NCBI RefSeq assembly: GCF_030144855.1
Contig: NC_082720.1
Location: 80,724,001-80,788,000 of the forward strand
From: Hypanus sabinus
Taxonomy: Eukaryota
DNA length: 64,000 bases
Direction: 5' to 3'
Every line of letters begins with the position of its first letter. Within the stretch, counting starts at the first letter, position 1. This document shows positions 25,101 to 37,134 of this stretch, in pieces. The position numbers and the translations under genes were made by a program. Under the pieces are notes generated by a model. That model ran no database searches. It was not told the origin of the DNA and saw only the letters and a program-made list of their open reading frames with translations.

Positions 25101-25938
25101 AATCAATTTGCTGCTTTATATAGATGACAAATTCTGGGTCTTGAAGCAAAGTAGCATTAAGTCTCCAAGATCTAACATTATTGGAAAAGTCCGAAATCTT
25201 AATAGATAACTTCAAAGGTGCATGATCCGAAATAGTAATAGAATCATATTTACAATCAATAACATCCGTTAATAACCGATGATCAATAAGAAAGTAATCA
25301 ATTCTAGAATAACTATGATATACATGTGAAAAAAATGAAAATTCTTTATCTTTAGGGTTCAAAAACCGCCATATTTCTGTAATTCCCGAATCAACCATAA
25401 AAGAATTAATAAGTAAGGCTGATCTATTCGGAAGAGTTCGAATAGGTTTAGATCTATCCATCAAAGGATTCAAACAACAATTAAAATCTCCACCCAATAT
25501 CAACATATATTCATTCAGATTAGGAAGGGAAGTAAATAAACATTTAAAAAATTCAGGGCAGTCAAAATTTGGGGCATAAATATTAACTAGAACCACTTTC
25601 CGATTGAAAAGTGAACCAGTTATCAACAAAAATCTGCCCTGCGGATCAGAAATAATTTCGTGATGTATAAACAAAATTGAGGGGTCTATAAAAATAGACA
25701 CACCCCTAATTTTAGCGGTACAATTCGAATGAAATTGTTGACCCTTCCAGAACCTAAAAAAACGTTGATTATCCTCCCTCCTAATATGGGTTTCCTGTGC
25801 AAAAATAATATTAGCATTCAATCTATGGAATACCTTAAATATTTTTTTACATTTAATCGGATGATTTAAATCATTAGTATTCCAAGAGATAAAATTAATA
25901 GATTTATCCATCATGCCAATATTAGTTGTGTATATCAT
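22132..25938 (-). pseudogene. L1 ORF2p (APE endonuclease, RT, CCHC), disrupted by two frameshifts
   Basis: SWN, QETH, NIYAPN, GGDFN, SRIDYF, SDH (endonuclease); YRPISLLN, DAEKAFD, RQGCPLSPLLF, LYADD (RT); CDRC...HMFWSC. Frameshifts near 24368 and 24103. Confidence 0.93.
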
Positions 25939-26868
25939 AATAGGTTAAAAAGACACATAACCCATAATTTAGGAAAAAGGAAAATAGATTCAGGAGCAAC
26001 CGGAGAACATGACACCTCAACAATATTAATAATTTAAAGTTGGCCCATAAACTAAAAGCAGAAAAAAATGCAAAAGCGTGAAAAAAGATCCCCACCCCCT
26101 CCCCCCACCCTTCGAAGAAAAGCCAAGCGGCAAGCGCATAATCTAACACTAACCTTACCCCCATTTCAAGATGGCAGCTCCATAAAAAGTTTTTTAAAGA
26201 AAAACTATGTAACACCCATATTTAAATATAGGGTTGCAAAAAGAAAATATATGTCAATCAGAATGAAAAAAACTAATATAATAAAACAAACAATCTTTAA
26301 CAAGAAAAAATAAACATCAAAATTTAAGTGTAATATACCTTTAAAAAATTTCACATATAAATGCAAGAAAGACGACGTTTCAAAAGCAAAGACTTATGGG
26401 AAGAAGAAACGACATTTTGAAAAAGCCATCTTACAAAATATGAATGCAGATTCAACAATCTATTAAAAAAGTTTAATAGTAAAAAAATACCAAAATAGGA
26501 TCAAAAAAGATTCAATAAACACTACAATATATATAAAAAAAACTAAAAAAAAAATTCAAAACATTCGTCCCATTTCTAAGTACAGGCAAACAAATAAATG
26601 TTTATAAAAAGCAGAGTCTTATGGGAAGAAGAAACGACATCTTGAAAAAAATAAATGATTATTACAAGATATAGATGTATATATCTAAAACAGAAAAAAG
26701 AATTAAAAAATATTATAAAAGTTAAAAAAGCATCCATAAAATAGTGATAATAATGAAAAATAAGAGCCAGACCCGTGGAACGGGATAGAAAGTTATAACC
26801 CAACTTCGTAGGTTACTTAAAATGAGATGGCACCCGCTCTCCGAGGAATCTTCAACATGACACAAAGT

Positions 26869-27729
26869 TCAAGTTGCACTAGGAGATCTATATTCTTCAA
26901 CAAATTTCTTCGCTTCTTCCGGGGTTTTGAAAAATTGCTGACTGTTGTCGTTTAACGTAATTCTGAGCTTCGCTGGATACATTAAAGCTTGTTTAAGGCC
27001 AATCGAATAAATCTCTGCCATCACTGGTTTAAAAGCGATTCTTGATTTCATTACTTCAAAAGAATAATCTTCAACAATTCGAAATGAATTGGTGTTATAA
27101 GAAATCATGCCTTTTTTACGAGCTAATCGAATTAAAAGCTCTTTCTCCCGAGGATAATGAAGGCGAACAATCACCGCTCGTGGTTTATCAGACAGAGCCG
27201 AAAATCTCGCAACTCTGTGAACACGATCGATAACAGGTTTAGCTTGCAAACCTTCAGCACTGAAAGTTTCCCATAGTAAATTAGAGAAAAATTCAGTTAA
27301 ATCACCGGACTCAACTTTTTCGGGGAACCCGATGATACGCAAATTCTGTCTACGAGATCGATTTTCGAGATCAGTAATTTTAAACTTATACTGATCCATA
27401 GTTTTAGCATTTGACTCTACCTTCTTCTCCAACGCTTCAATTGTACGTACTTTTGCACAAATGGATTTTTCAAGAGTCGCGATCTTATCTTCATGCCGCT
27501 GAATGTCCGATGCCTGCGATTGAAGTTTAATTTCAAACGATCTATCAGCTTCTTCAAGTTCAGATATTTTCCTGGTAAGCTTATTTTCCAAACTTGTCAG
27601 TCTGCTTCCCAATCTACCATCCAATCTGCCTTCCAGACTCGAAAGTTTAATATCCAGTTTAGCGTCCAAAAGAGCAGAGATTGCGTCAATGGATACAGGT
27701 TCCTTAGACGATTTCTTGCTTGTAGCCAT
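26869..27729 (-). CDS. L1 ORF1p (coiled coil plus RRM/CTD), intact 286 aa
   Basis: Heptad region followed by DLENRSRRQNLRIIGFPE, IDRVHR, PRAVIVR and YPAKLRI motifs typical of L1 ORF1p. Confidence 0.92.
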   Translation of the reverse strand: MATSKKSSKEPVSIDAISALLDAKLDIKLSSLEGRLDGRLGSRLTSLENKLTRKISELEEADRSFEIKLQSQASDIQRHEDKIATLEKSICAKVRTIEALEKKVESNAKTMDQYKFKITDLENRSRRQNLRIIGFPEKVESGDLTEFFSNLLWETFSAEGLQAKPVIDRVHRVARFSALSDKPRAVIVRLHYPREKELLIRLARKKGMISYNTNSFRIVEDYSFEVMKSRIAFKPVMAEIYSIGLKQALMYPAKLRITLNDNSQQFFKTPEEAKKFVEEYRSPSAT

Positions 27730-27878
27730 TTTAAGTTTGTCGAGATTAGATCAAATATTATTTTAGGAAGAAAAAGTTAATCAAAAGTATCAACCCATGT
27801 GATTAAATTCGAAAAAATTTAATTAAGGGGTGATTATAGTTGAAAAAATGAAGAGCGCCTAAAGGCAGATGTTTACGT

Positions 27879-27887
27879 CGCCATCTT
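27879..27887 (-). promoter_or_regulatory. YY1-type site (AAGATGGCG) at +14 to +22 of the L1 internal promoter
   Basis: Element starts GGGGTGGAGTTTCAAGATGGCG; compare human L1 GGGGGAGGAGCCAAGATGGCCG. Confidence 0.7.
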
Positions 27888-28801
27888 GAAACTCCACCCC
27901 CTTGAAAGTTTCAAATGCTTCTGAAACTTCCTATTAAATGCAATTAAGGAAAGAGGTTAAATTAGACTTTATTTCTTGTGAATTCAAAGTACCAGAAACC
28001 TGATAAATGGGCAGATTTCTTGTACTGTTTAATAAATGGCATCAGAAATTAAAATCAAAATATTTGAGAAAATCAATTATTTACATTCCTGTCATAGTGG
28101 ATCAGCATTACTAAAGGTGTCCTTCAGACAGAAGTGGAGTGGGGGTGTGAGAATGGAAAGGAACAGCAATAGAAAATAAAACTTTTCTTTAAATTACAAA
28201 GAGTTAATCATATTCTAACTAGTACTGCCCATGGTTTATTCAAAATAAAATCTGAAGCTTCCTTTTGATTCTTGATGGACCCACTGTTGGTAAAATAAAT
28301 CTTTTATCGGATTTTTTTTAAGTAACATTCTGGTTGGTCTATTGATCAGGTCATCCTTTCTCCTCCCTTAATGGTATGATCAGGAACTAAACACAAACGT
28401 TTCAAATGGTTCAATTTAATATCTGAGAATGTATACAGTAAATTTCTCGCAGTATAGAGGAAATATACATAATGTATACAGAACAGAAACAGTAAAAAAC
28501 ATGCAAATTTCTGGTCAATGCTTTTAAATGTTCTTAGCCACAGCTATGATGACCTGATAATATACACCTTCAGTAGGCTGCAGATGGCTCATTAATCCAC
28601 AAGTCTTTCTGTTGTATACAACAGCAGGTGAATGATATTTTGTATATTCCACACAGACATCTCATTTTAATCTGGGTAAGCAGTTGTGCATCAACATCAA
28701 AATTACAGTTTAAAACTGTATATCAGTTTTTGTGTATGTGTGGGATGGGCGGAGAAGAACAGTATTAAAAGTATATCTTTATCTTATAAAATTTCTTGTA
28801 G

Positions 28802-28922
28802 GTGACAAAAGTGAAAGGCCAGCTGCCATCAAAAGTATAAAATCCCCTGTATCAAAATTCAGCAATGCTCCACCTACACTACAGAAGTTACCACAGTGTA
28901 CTAGATGTGAGACCGGCATAGT
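28802..28922 (+). CDS. PDLIM4: PDLIM4 exon with start of LIM domain (equivalent to exon 6)
   Basis: ttcttgtag|GT acceptor and GT|gtaagt donor; 121 nt, phase 1 to 2. Ends LQKLPQCTRCETGIV (human LQGLPECTRCGHGIV). Confidence 0.93.
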
Positions 28923-29415
28923 GTAAGTATGCAGAAAAACTTCCGATTTATACAAATGTACTGTAATGATGAATAAGGAGAAGATATCCTAAAGTTTCAG
29001 TGCTTTGTCTCATCCAGTGAGAGCAACTGGCATCAGAGTTGGTTGGATTCATAGGTATTGTCAGAAAGAAAAGACTGTTTCAGGGAATGGGACAGATGTA
29101 AATGCTCTTAGAGGCTACATAGACTCTATTAGCCAAATGGCCCTCTATGTTGTGATGAATATGAAGAAAGTATAAAGTAGTCATTCCTTTTTCACTGGAT
29201 TTAGCTCCCAACTTTGTAATCTGAGAGAAGTTTATTAATTTTAAGGATCACTCTTTCAAAGACAATCTCATGTCGTCCTTTGTTTTCCCTCTTCCATTCG
29301 CTCATCCTATTACCTTGATCATAATTTTATAAATTTGGTATTGTTTCACAGCTCATCTCGAGTTTCCTTTGAATCATTTATTCTGTATTTGTTAACATAT
29401 ATCTGTTCTTTCTAG

Positions 29416-29611
29416 TGGTGCTGTTGTCAAGGCACGGGAAAAGCTATATCATCCGGCATGCTTCATGTGTTCTGACTGTGGATTAAATCTAAAACAGAAA
29501 GGATACTTCTTCATTGAGGAGCAACTATATTGTGAGACCCACGCCAAAGCAAGAGTGCAGCCTCCAGAAGGTTATGAAGTTGTGGCTGTATATCCCAACT
29601 CCAGGGTGTAA
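29416..29611 (+). CDS. PDLIM4: PDLIM4 last coding exon, LIM domain and stop
   Basis: ttctttctag|T acceptor. [64 protein letters not shown] completes the LIM Cys/His ligand pattern and is very close to the PDLIM4 C-terminus. TAA at 29609-29611. The four exons total 663 nt, in frame. Confidence 0.95.
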
Positions 29612-31116
29612 GCTGTTGCCTTCAGGATCTCATTGTATTTAAATACTTCTCTTTCTGCTCTAAGATCTGGATTCTAACTCTTATGTGCCATAATTTAAAT
29701 TTGAGTTAGTGTTGAAGAAATGGGTAGAATCAAAATGATCCTACATCCAGAAATGATAAATCTGTCAAATTGAGTTGAATTATAAATGTTTACCAAGCAT
29801 TTTCAAGCAATGGTATTAAATTAACTTGCAGTTGTCTGTGTCAGATTTATTTTTTGTATGTTTTGACTGCCTGCTTCTCTTCTGTAAATGATAATTTATG
29901 CTATATTTGGATATCCATTACTTGTGTTTAATCAGACTGGGAATTAATGGAGCATATTATATGGTGGGGAGAACCTCAATGGAACTCTCCATCTTTCCAT
30001 TGGTGGTAGGAGAGGTGTGCTGAAGATCATCGTATGACAATCACTTGCAAAGTCTCCTGTATTTTCTTTAACCTGAACACTTTATTAACAGCATTCCAAA
30101 CTAATATTGTTTATATCAGCAAAACCTGCATGAACTAATATTTGCACTCTGGTGACAAAATGGGGCACATTCAAATTGTTCGTTGTCAAGATGGCTTTTG
30201 TGAAATTTAATGAGAATTTTTGGTCATTTTTTTAAAATTTTGAAAGCCAAAACACATACAAAACTATGGCACAGAAGCTGCTTATCACTACTACTTCCAT
30301 TTCTTTCAGAACTTTTGACCTTTTTGCTTTCCTTTAATAGCACAGTAACTTGTACAGAGCTATTCTACTTAAATTTGAAACCAGTATATATAAGAAAATC
30401 TTTCTGAATGTACTTCTAGATCTTACACGTTTACTGTAGGTGGATACAAAGAATTACTACGGCTTACAATTAAGATGACCATGTTTTTTATTTGTAGGGA
30501 ATGGTGTCTTTACCATGTCAGATTATTAATAGCTGTTATTTCGGACAAGAAGCTAATATGTGCTGCTTTGTTTCAATGCTGCCTTCCTTAAGGAACTAAT
30601 CACATTTGATGTTTTCCAGATAATATATTCCTGCTCTATTAGGAAATGAATTTCATCTTGTGTAGTAGAACATTTTTTTTAACATCTTTATACCGATAGA
30701 TTGTTACCCTTGGATTAGTCTTTTTTAAAACATGATATGTGTATTACAGTGTTAATAGACTTCTTTCAACCAGCTGTTAATTCAGGCTGGTTTTGCATTG
30801 CTTATGAAAAATCAAAAGGCAGATCTAAACTGTGCTGAAATATCTAGCTTGTGTTGCATATTTTTGTATTAAATTAGTTGGAAAATGGAACCTAACATGA
30901 GTTTGACATTATGTAGGTTGCGGTAACTCGGAGCGTGTATGTTGTAAATGTAACTATTTCGCCAGGGGAATGGGAATATAAAACACTAGCGGCATTACAG
31001 GGAAATACTGCAACTTGTTCTGTACTGAAATATGTGTTCTTAATTGTTTCCTTTTGCGCCACATTATTTACACCTGCTCACTCTGGATGGCTGCCTCATT
31101 GCACATGTTGAATAGC

Positions 31117-31122
31117 AATAAA
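31117..31122 (+). terminator. candidate poly(A) signal of PDLIM4 (about 1.5-kb 3' UTR)
   Basis: AATAAA at the end of a repeat-free AT-rich stretch following the stop codon. Confidence 0.45.
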
Positions 31123-31669
31123 GGTTATTAATTGGCTGCTTGAATTCAAGGCTGGAAGTACTTTTCATTCAGAACAGGTGTTGAAGGTAGGCTGTGAGAA
31201 GTCAAATTTGATGGGACGCAGTAAGAATCCTGGGTAAGTGGTTTCAGATGCTGTTTTGAAATGTCTGTGTATTTTGGAAGCATCTTGCAGTAATTTCACT
31301 TGGATAGGTGCAACATTGTGGTAGTAAGGGTTGGTCATACCATAAGGATATGCTTGTTTGAAGAAATGCAGCCCGTTTATTGCTTCCAGAAGTACTAAGA
31401 ATAGGTTTTGAATTTTATTATAATGTGGTAAAAGAGTGTGACCTTTCTTGTTATGGGGTTGGGAGGGAGAAGGAGGTAGATGTGCAGGGCTAAAGGGCTA
31501 CATTTGTAACTATTCTTACATTTGCTGCCCATTACATTTGGACTTGGTTTCCCTGATGGAAAGTTAATAGTCAAACTTGTGGGTAATGATTGACATTGTT
31601 ATTGAATTGGAATTAGATTGTCCTAATGGTTTCGGGAAAAGGAATGGAACATATTCTGATTGTAATGGT

Positions 31670-31870
31670 TATAAAACCATAAGACATAGGAGCAGAATTA
31701 GGCATTTTTACCCATTGAGTCTGCCCTGCCATTCAATCATGGCCAATCCCTTTATCCCCTCCTCAGCCTCATAACCTTTGATGTTGTGTCCAATCAAGAA
31801 CCTATCAATCTCTGCCTTAAGTGCACCCAATGACCTGGCCTCCATAGCTGTCTGTGGTAGCAAATTGCAT
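31670..31870 (-). mobile_element. CR1 3' end
   Basis: Same 3' end as 150-262. Confidence 0.72.
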
Positions 31871-32494
31871 CATATTGCCTGGTAGTTTGCCTAAAAGCAC
31901 ACTCCATTGGAGGGTTTGTGAGTGATATAATGGAAATGTATGGCACTGGGCTTGAGCTTAGTGGAGGTTTGTGTCCTTTATGATATTGTACATTTCTTAT
32001 TGTTTTTGCTGCATGTTATTTTGTCCTGCAATAGTTAATGGCAAGTATTGGGGGGGGAGGGAGTGATTTTGTTCATGGGTATGAAAACCTGTACCCATAA
32101 TAAAAGAAAACTCTCTATGTTAAGACTTTTTTGGATGAAGGCACGTCAAAGTATAAGTTGATAAGGCAAATTGTGCCCTACCTGTGGATGGTAGAATTTC
32201 AGAGACACGAGTCATATTGTGTGAAATAAAAATGTAATGTAACATTATTTTTCCCATTTTCACAGTATTATAGTGTGTGGGCTTTCTTTTTTTTATAACC
32301 CAGGTCTTCTGTATAGAGTAAACAATTTTGAGGTGGTTTCTTGTTAACTGTGCCGGTCTTGGTAATGTAGCATCAATGTGATCAATCCTCATCTGTCATC
32401 CTTTCCATAGGTATATTGTTACAAGTCCCATGGATGTCATATAGGAACAACAAGCAATAGGGTCAAAGCCATAGCAATTACCTCTGCCTAACAC

Positions 32495-33268
32495 TGCTAA
32501 ATTGGTTAATTGAGACCCATCAGAACTGTTACATTTTGGCCCAAATAAGCAGCTGCCCCAATTACCCAAAGTTTCTTGGAAATAGAGGTATAAAAAAGAC
32601 AACCTGAGCAACAAATTATGTATTTAATTGAAATACAGAACAAATTAGAGCACTACCAATACTATTACAGTACTATAAAACTGTATTAGTTTCTAAGTTG
32701 TTGACAGAGGAATTAATCCAGTGTAAGCTACCATGTTCTTTTGCTTGACTATAAATGAACAAAATCAGTGTAGATGCCTAGCGCAGATAACAAACGGCTT
32801 TCACTCAATGCTTTCGACGATTGCATCCTCCAAATCTTCATTTTCATCATAATATTCAAGATGCTTGTCAATACCCTCAAATTCTTTGTAGTTCCCAACT
32901 TACAGAAGTAGTAAAGTGATTTCAATTTACCCCCGCCTGAATGCTTGAAACCTCAATGAGCAAAATAGTTCTGATTGTCTTTATGCTAATTTCTCACCAA
33001 ATGTCAGTAACAAAAATCACTGCTTTTTGAACACAAACACATGCAACTGATGCCATTTTAAAACTGTTCGCTCGAATCCCGGTGTAATGTCTAGCAGTAT
33101 GCAAGTGTATGTGACTGACACTTGTTAGAAACTGTTCACCAACAGTGTCCTGTCACAATTAGGCAGCATAGTGTCCCAACTTATCAAATAGAATTCTGGC
33201 AATTTTCACGATTACTTTTTGTTCTGTAAGAATTGTCCCAAATAAGCAGCTGACTCAATTAAACACTC
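32495..33268. mobile_element. degraded Tigger-like non-autonomous DNA element
   Basis: Subterminal motif cccaaataagcagctg present near both ends (about 32540 and 33237). Boundaries approximate. Confidence 0.45.
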
Positions 33269-34364
33269 TATTACATTATTTGTAAGCTGTCTCATTATTG
33301 TTCATATCAGAACAATAAATTCTGGCGTATAGGATCAATTTGTATATTATTTCCATTGTTTTTGGGTTTTTTTTCCAGAAAATGAATGCTCTGTGTGGGG
33401 TTAATGAATTTCTAAAGCAATACAATAAATTAATTTAAAGTTCAACAAATACGAGCAAACTTCAGTGCAATGCACGTTAGTCAATAAATAAGTGAGGTGG
33501 CAGAATAACTTTGTATCTGAAATGCATATTGATGTATTTCAGGAATGGTTGTTTGGATCACTAAACCACATGTAACTTTTATGAAATATGCAATAGTATC
33601 TTTGATTTTAAGGATCTAAGTAGCATCTAATTGTTTAACCATTTTGGCTTGTCACTAACACTGACAAACTGTTTTATTGACCAAATTTGAAGCCCAGTAT
33701 ATATTTTATGCCAGGTACTCATTTTAGAATATTGAGCAGTTCTGAAGTGTTGTCTAAATATATATTTTCAATGCATATGCTTCTTGCAAAACCTTGGAAA
33801 AATAAAATACCTTTAATGTGCTGGTTGCATTCAACCAGTACAATCCACCTTTTTACACAATGAACATAATTTGTATCTGTTATCTACTTGGTTCCAACGT
33901 TTCTGTAATGGCAAAATTGGTGATGTTCTCTGAAAACAATTCTGTTTTGATGGCCGAACACATGCTATTTGCTTTAAATCATTGTAATAAGAAATGGATC
34001 TGTACAGCAATGGTAGGTAAATGGGATCAATATTTTTCACATGCTTGTCAAAATTTGTATTTAATTCATTCATTTCATTGGCTGGTCAGGTTCTATTCTA
34101 AATTTGAATGGTGTTTTACTGTATCCAAGGTTTTACCAGAAACATGTTAAAGGTTGTTGAAGGCACTAATGCTTGCTCTTTATGTTCCCATTCCCTTAGA
34201 CTTTGAATGTTAAATCTGCTACGTATTTTGGTACATTTACAATGTCATCTGGTGACATTCCTGATTCAATTTTAACTCTGTAGATTAACTCTATTACAAT
34301 CTTCCTCTGTATTCAGTCTTAAGTAATTGCATAATTACAACACTAAACACCACTAGAGAATGCA

Positions 34365-34370
34365 AATAAA
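34365..34370 (+). terminator. candidate distal poly(A) signal
   Basis: AATAAA followed by U/GU-rich downstream sequence (tgcatttttt...tgtttcatttttctgtttgt). Confidence 0.3.
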
Positions 34371-35627
34371 GCCATGAACTTGCATTTTTTGACTAAATGT
34401 TTCATTTTTCTGTTTGTAAATTCTTTAGAATTAGTTACTAGTGCTAGATGTCATCTAATCTGATGCAAGCCAAATGAGTCCATTTCAGGACAGGATTTGA
34501 ACTTGGAAATACACATAAGCAGGGTTTCTTGTGACCATAATCTGTTACTCATATTCATTGTGATGCACAATAGTGTGTTCAATATCAAAACACCATATCA
34601 CACTTCTCTCCAATAAAATTACTCATCTTAGTGATGCAGAAAAGCTTTTAGTTAAAAACTATATTAAACATGTTCCAATTTCACTTGTTTTTGGAAGTCA
34701 ACATTTGGCTCTTGTAGATGGCCTGACTTTCCCTAGTTCTACTTGTTTAAGTAGGGTGGGGAGATGATCTATGTTTTCCCAGTACATTTACAAGGCATTC
34801 ATCTGGACTTCATACTATTAAAAGCAGGAACATGACTGAACCAAATTGGAATGGATTAATATACTACTTAGAAAATATTAAGGTAATGAATAATTTGGGC
34901 TGAAAGGCATATTTCTATGCTGTGAGTCCAAATGATATTATATTAATGTCACTGGATTTAAAGATAGACGAAGTGATGGTCAACTATTAGCTTCTGGGAA
35001 TATTTCACTATTGGCTTTTGAGGAAGTTTCTGACAAATTGAGATTTCCAGATTTGTTGTCACCAAAGTAGGATTGTTGTTCGATGAGCCATATTTTCACT
35101 GAAATAACTTCATCATGAAATGCCATTCAGCCATGTTTATTGTGGAATGACTTCATCTTGCTAAGAGTAGTATTCTAGAATGTAATAATTTTTCGAAAGG
35201 AGCAAGCTATATACATGCATGTATAATATACATGTGATGGTAAAACAAATTTTCTCCTCCTGCAGAGGAGAAAAATGGATTTCAAGCAGATGGCAACAAC
35301 AGTACATGTATGAAATGTCATCTGTGCAGATTCATGACAATCAAAATTGTAAAAATGCCTGTATAAGGCTATTTTAAATAATTATCTGGGAATTAAGGAG
35401 TTTGCATCCATATGCATGTTACTTCAGCGTCATGAAATTAGATGTCTGGATTATTTTCAATGTAGTGTATTGTGACAAGAAATTTTCAATATCGCTATCA
35501 CAGGAATGGGGAGTAATCTAGGTGACTTTGACCATGGAGTGATTCTTGTTGCCAGACGGAGTGGTTTGAGTATTTCAGAAACTGCTGATCTCCTGGGATT
35601 ATCGTGCACAACAGTCTCTGGAGTTTA

Positions 35628-36803
35628 CACACAAGCAAAATGCTGGAGGAGCTTAGCAGGTCAGGCAGTACCTATGGAAAGGAATAAACAGTCAACGTTT
35701 CTGTCTGAGAGCCTTCTTCAGGACTGGAAAGGAAGGGGGAAGACACCAAAATAAAAATGTGGGGGGAGGGGAATGAGGATAGCTAAGTGAAGCCAGGTAG
35801 GTAGAAAAGGTAAAGGTCTATGGACAAAGGAATCGGATAGGAGAGGGGACCATAGGAGAAAGAAGTGGGAGGGCCTTGGGGAGGTGACAGGCAGGTGAGA
35901 AAAGGTCAGATTTGCGAATAGAAGAGGAGAAGGGGGGGGAGTTTTTTTACTGGAAGAAGAAATCAATATTCATGCCATCAGGATGGACGCTACCCAAAGG
36001 TATATAATAAGTTGCTCCTGCGCTCTGAGGGTTGCCCCATCGTGGCACATGGACCAACATGTCGGAATGGGAAATGGAATCAAAATGTTTGGCCACTGGG
36101 AAGTTCCACTTTCGGTGGATGGAGCAGGTCTGCTCAGTGAAGTGGTCCCCCATTTTGCGACGGGTCACGGCAACATAGCGGACGTTGTATCAGGTGCACC
36201 AGACTCCGTAGCGGACTCCAGCAGGTTCACAGGTAAGGTGTTGCTTCACCCAGAAGGACTGTTTAGGGCCCTGAATGGATAGGTATACACTTTGGCCACT
36301 TTTATGGGAGACGGTGGGAAGAGATGTAATCAAGATAGTTGGTAGGTTTTTATAAAAGATGTCATTAAACAGTTTGTCTTCAGAGATGGAGACAGCCAGG
36401 TCAGGAAAGGGGAGGGAGGTGTCAGAAATGGACTGTGAATTTAAGGGCAGGGTGGAAATTGGAGGCAAATTTGGTGAACTGATGAGCCCCAGCTTAGGTG
36501 CATGAAGCAGCACAAATGCAGTTGTTAATGTACTGCAGGAAGAGTTGGGAAGTATTACCAGGGAAGTCTTGGAGCAAGGACAGCTCCATGTAGCCAATGT
36601 AAAGGCAGGCATTGCTGGGACCCTATGGCTACCCTTTGAGTCTGGAGAAAGTGGGAGGAACCAAAGGCAAAATTATTGAGTGTGAAGACTAGTTCTGCAG
36701 ATGGAGGAGGGTGGTGGTGAATGGGAACTGGTTGGTTCTTTTATTGAGAAAGAAGTGGAGAGCTTTAAGGCCTTCTTGACTGGAGATAGAAGCAAAGAAG
36801 TGT
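35628..36803 (-). mobile_element. Penelope-like element fragment (RT/GIY-YIG region plus 3' end)
   Basis: IQGPKQSFWVKQHLTC and FPVAKHFDS remnants; hammerhead-type 3' end at 35689-35726. About 15-bp TSD AGTCTCT(G/A)GAGTTTA. Confidence 0.8.
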
Positions 36804-36814
36804 AGTCTCTAGAG

Positions 36815-36897
36815 CAGGTGTTCACAACCTCTTTTTTTATGCCGTGGACCAATACCAATAAGCAAAGGGTCCATGGACCTTAGGTTGTAAATCCCTG
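36815..36897. mobile_element. hAT-Charlie-type MITE (83 bp)
   Basis: Imperfect TIRs CAGGTGTTCACAACC / GGTTGTAAATCCCTG and 8-bp TSD CTCTAGAG at 36807-36814 and 36898-36905. Confidence 0.85.
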
Positions 36898-37134
36898 CTC
36901 TAGAGTTTATAGAGAATGGTGCAAAAAAATTTTAAAAAGCATCCAGTGGGCAGTAGTTTTGTGGGTGAAAATGCTTTGCTAATGAAAAAGGTCAGAGGTC
37001 AATACCCAGACTGGTTCAGGCTGACAGGAAGGTGATAGCAACTCAAGTAATGATGTATACTACTGCACACCACTGTTGTAACACAACATGACAATCCTTG
37101 AAGTAGATGGGGTACAGCAGCAGAAGACCATGAA

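Larger units (their letters stand above)
21748..27900 (-). mobile_element. full-length L1-clade LINE in a PDLIM4 intron
   Basis: 12-bp TSD CTTGAAAGTTTC at 21736-21747 and 27901-27912. G-rich 5' end, 171-nt 5' UTR, ORF1, about 930-nt spacer, ORF2 (APE-RT-CCHC), 3' UTR and (GAAA)n tail. Confidence 0.97.
35505..37130 (+). mobile_element. Tc1 transposase remnant, interrupted by Penelope-like and hAT insertions
   Basis: LGDFDHGVILVARRSGLSISETADLLGLSCTTVSGVY (Tc1 HTH) resumes after 36905 as RVYREWC...RLVQADRK. Confidence 0.78.
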
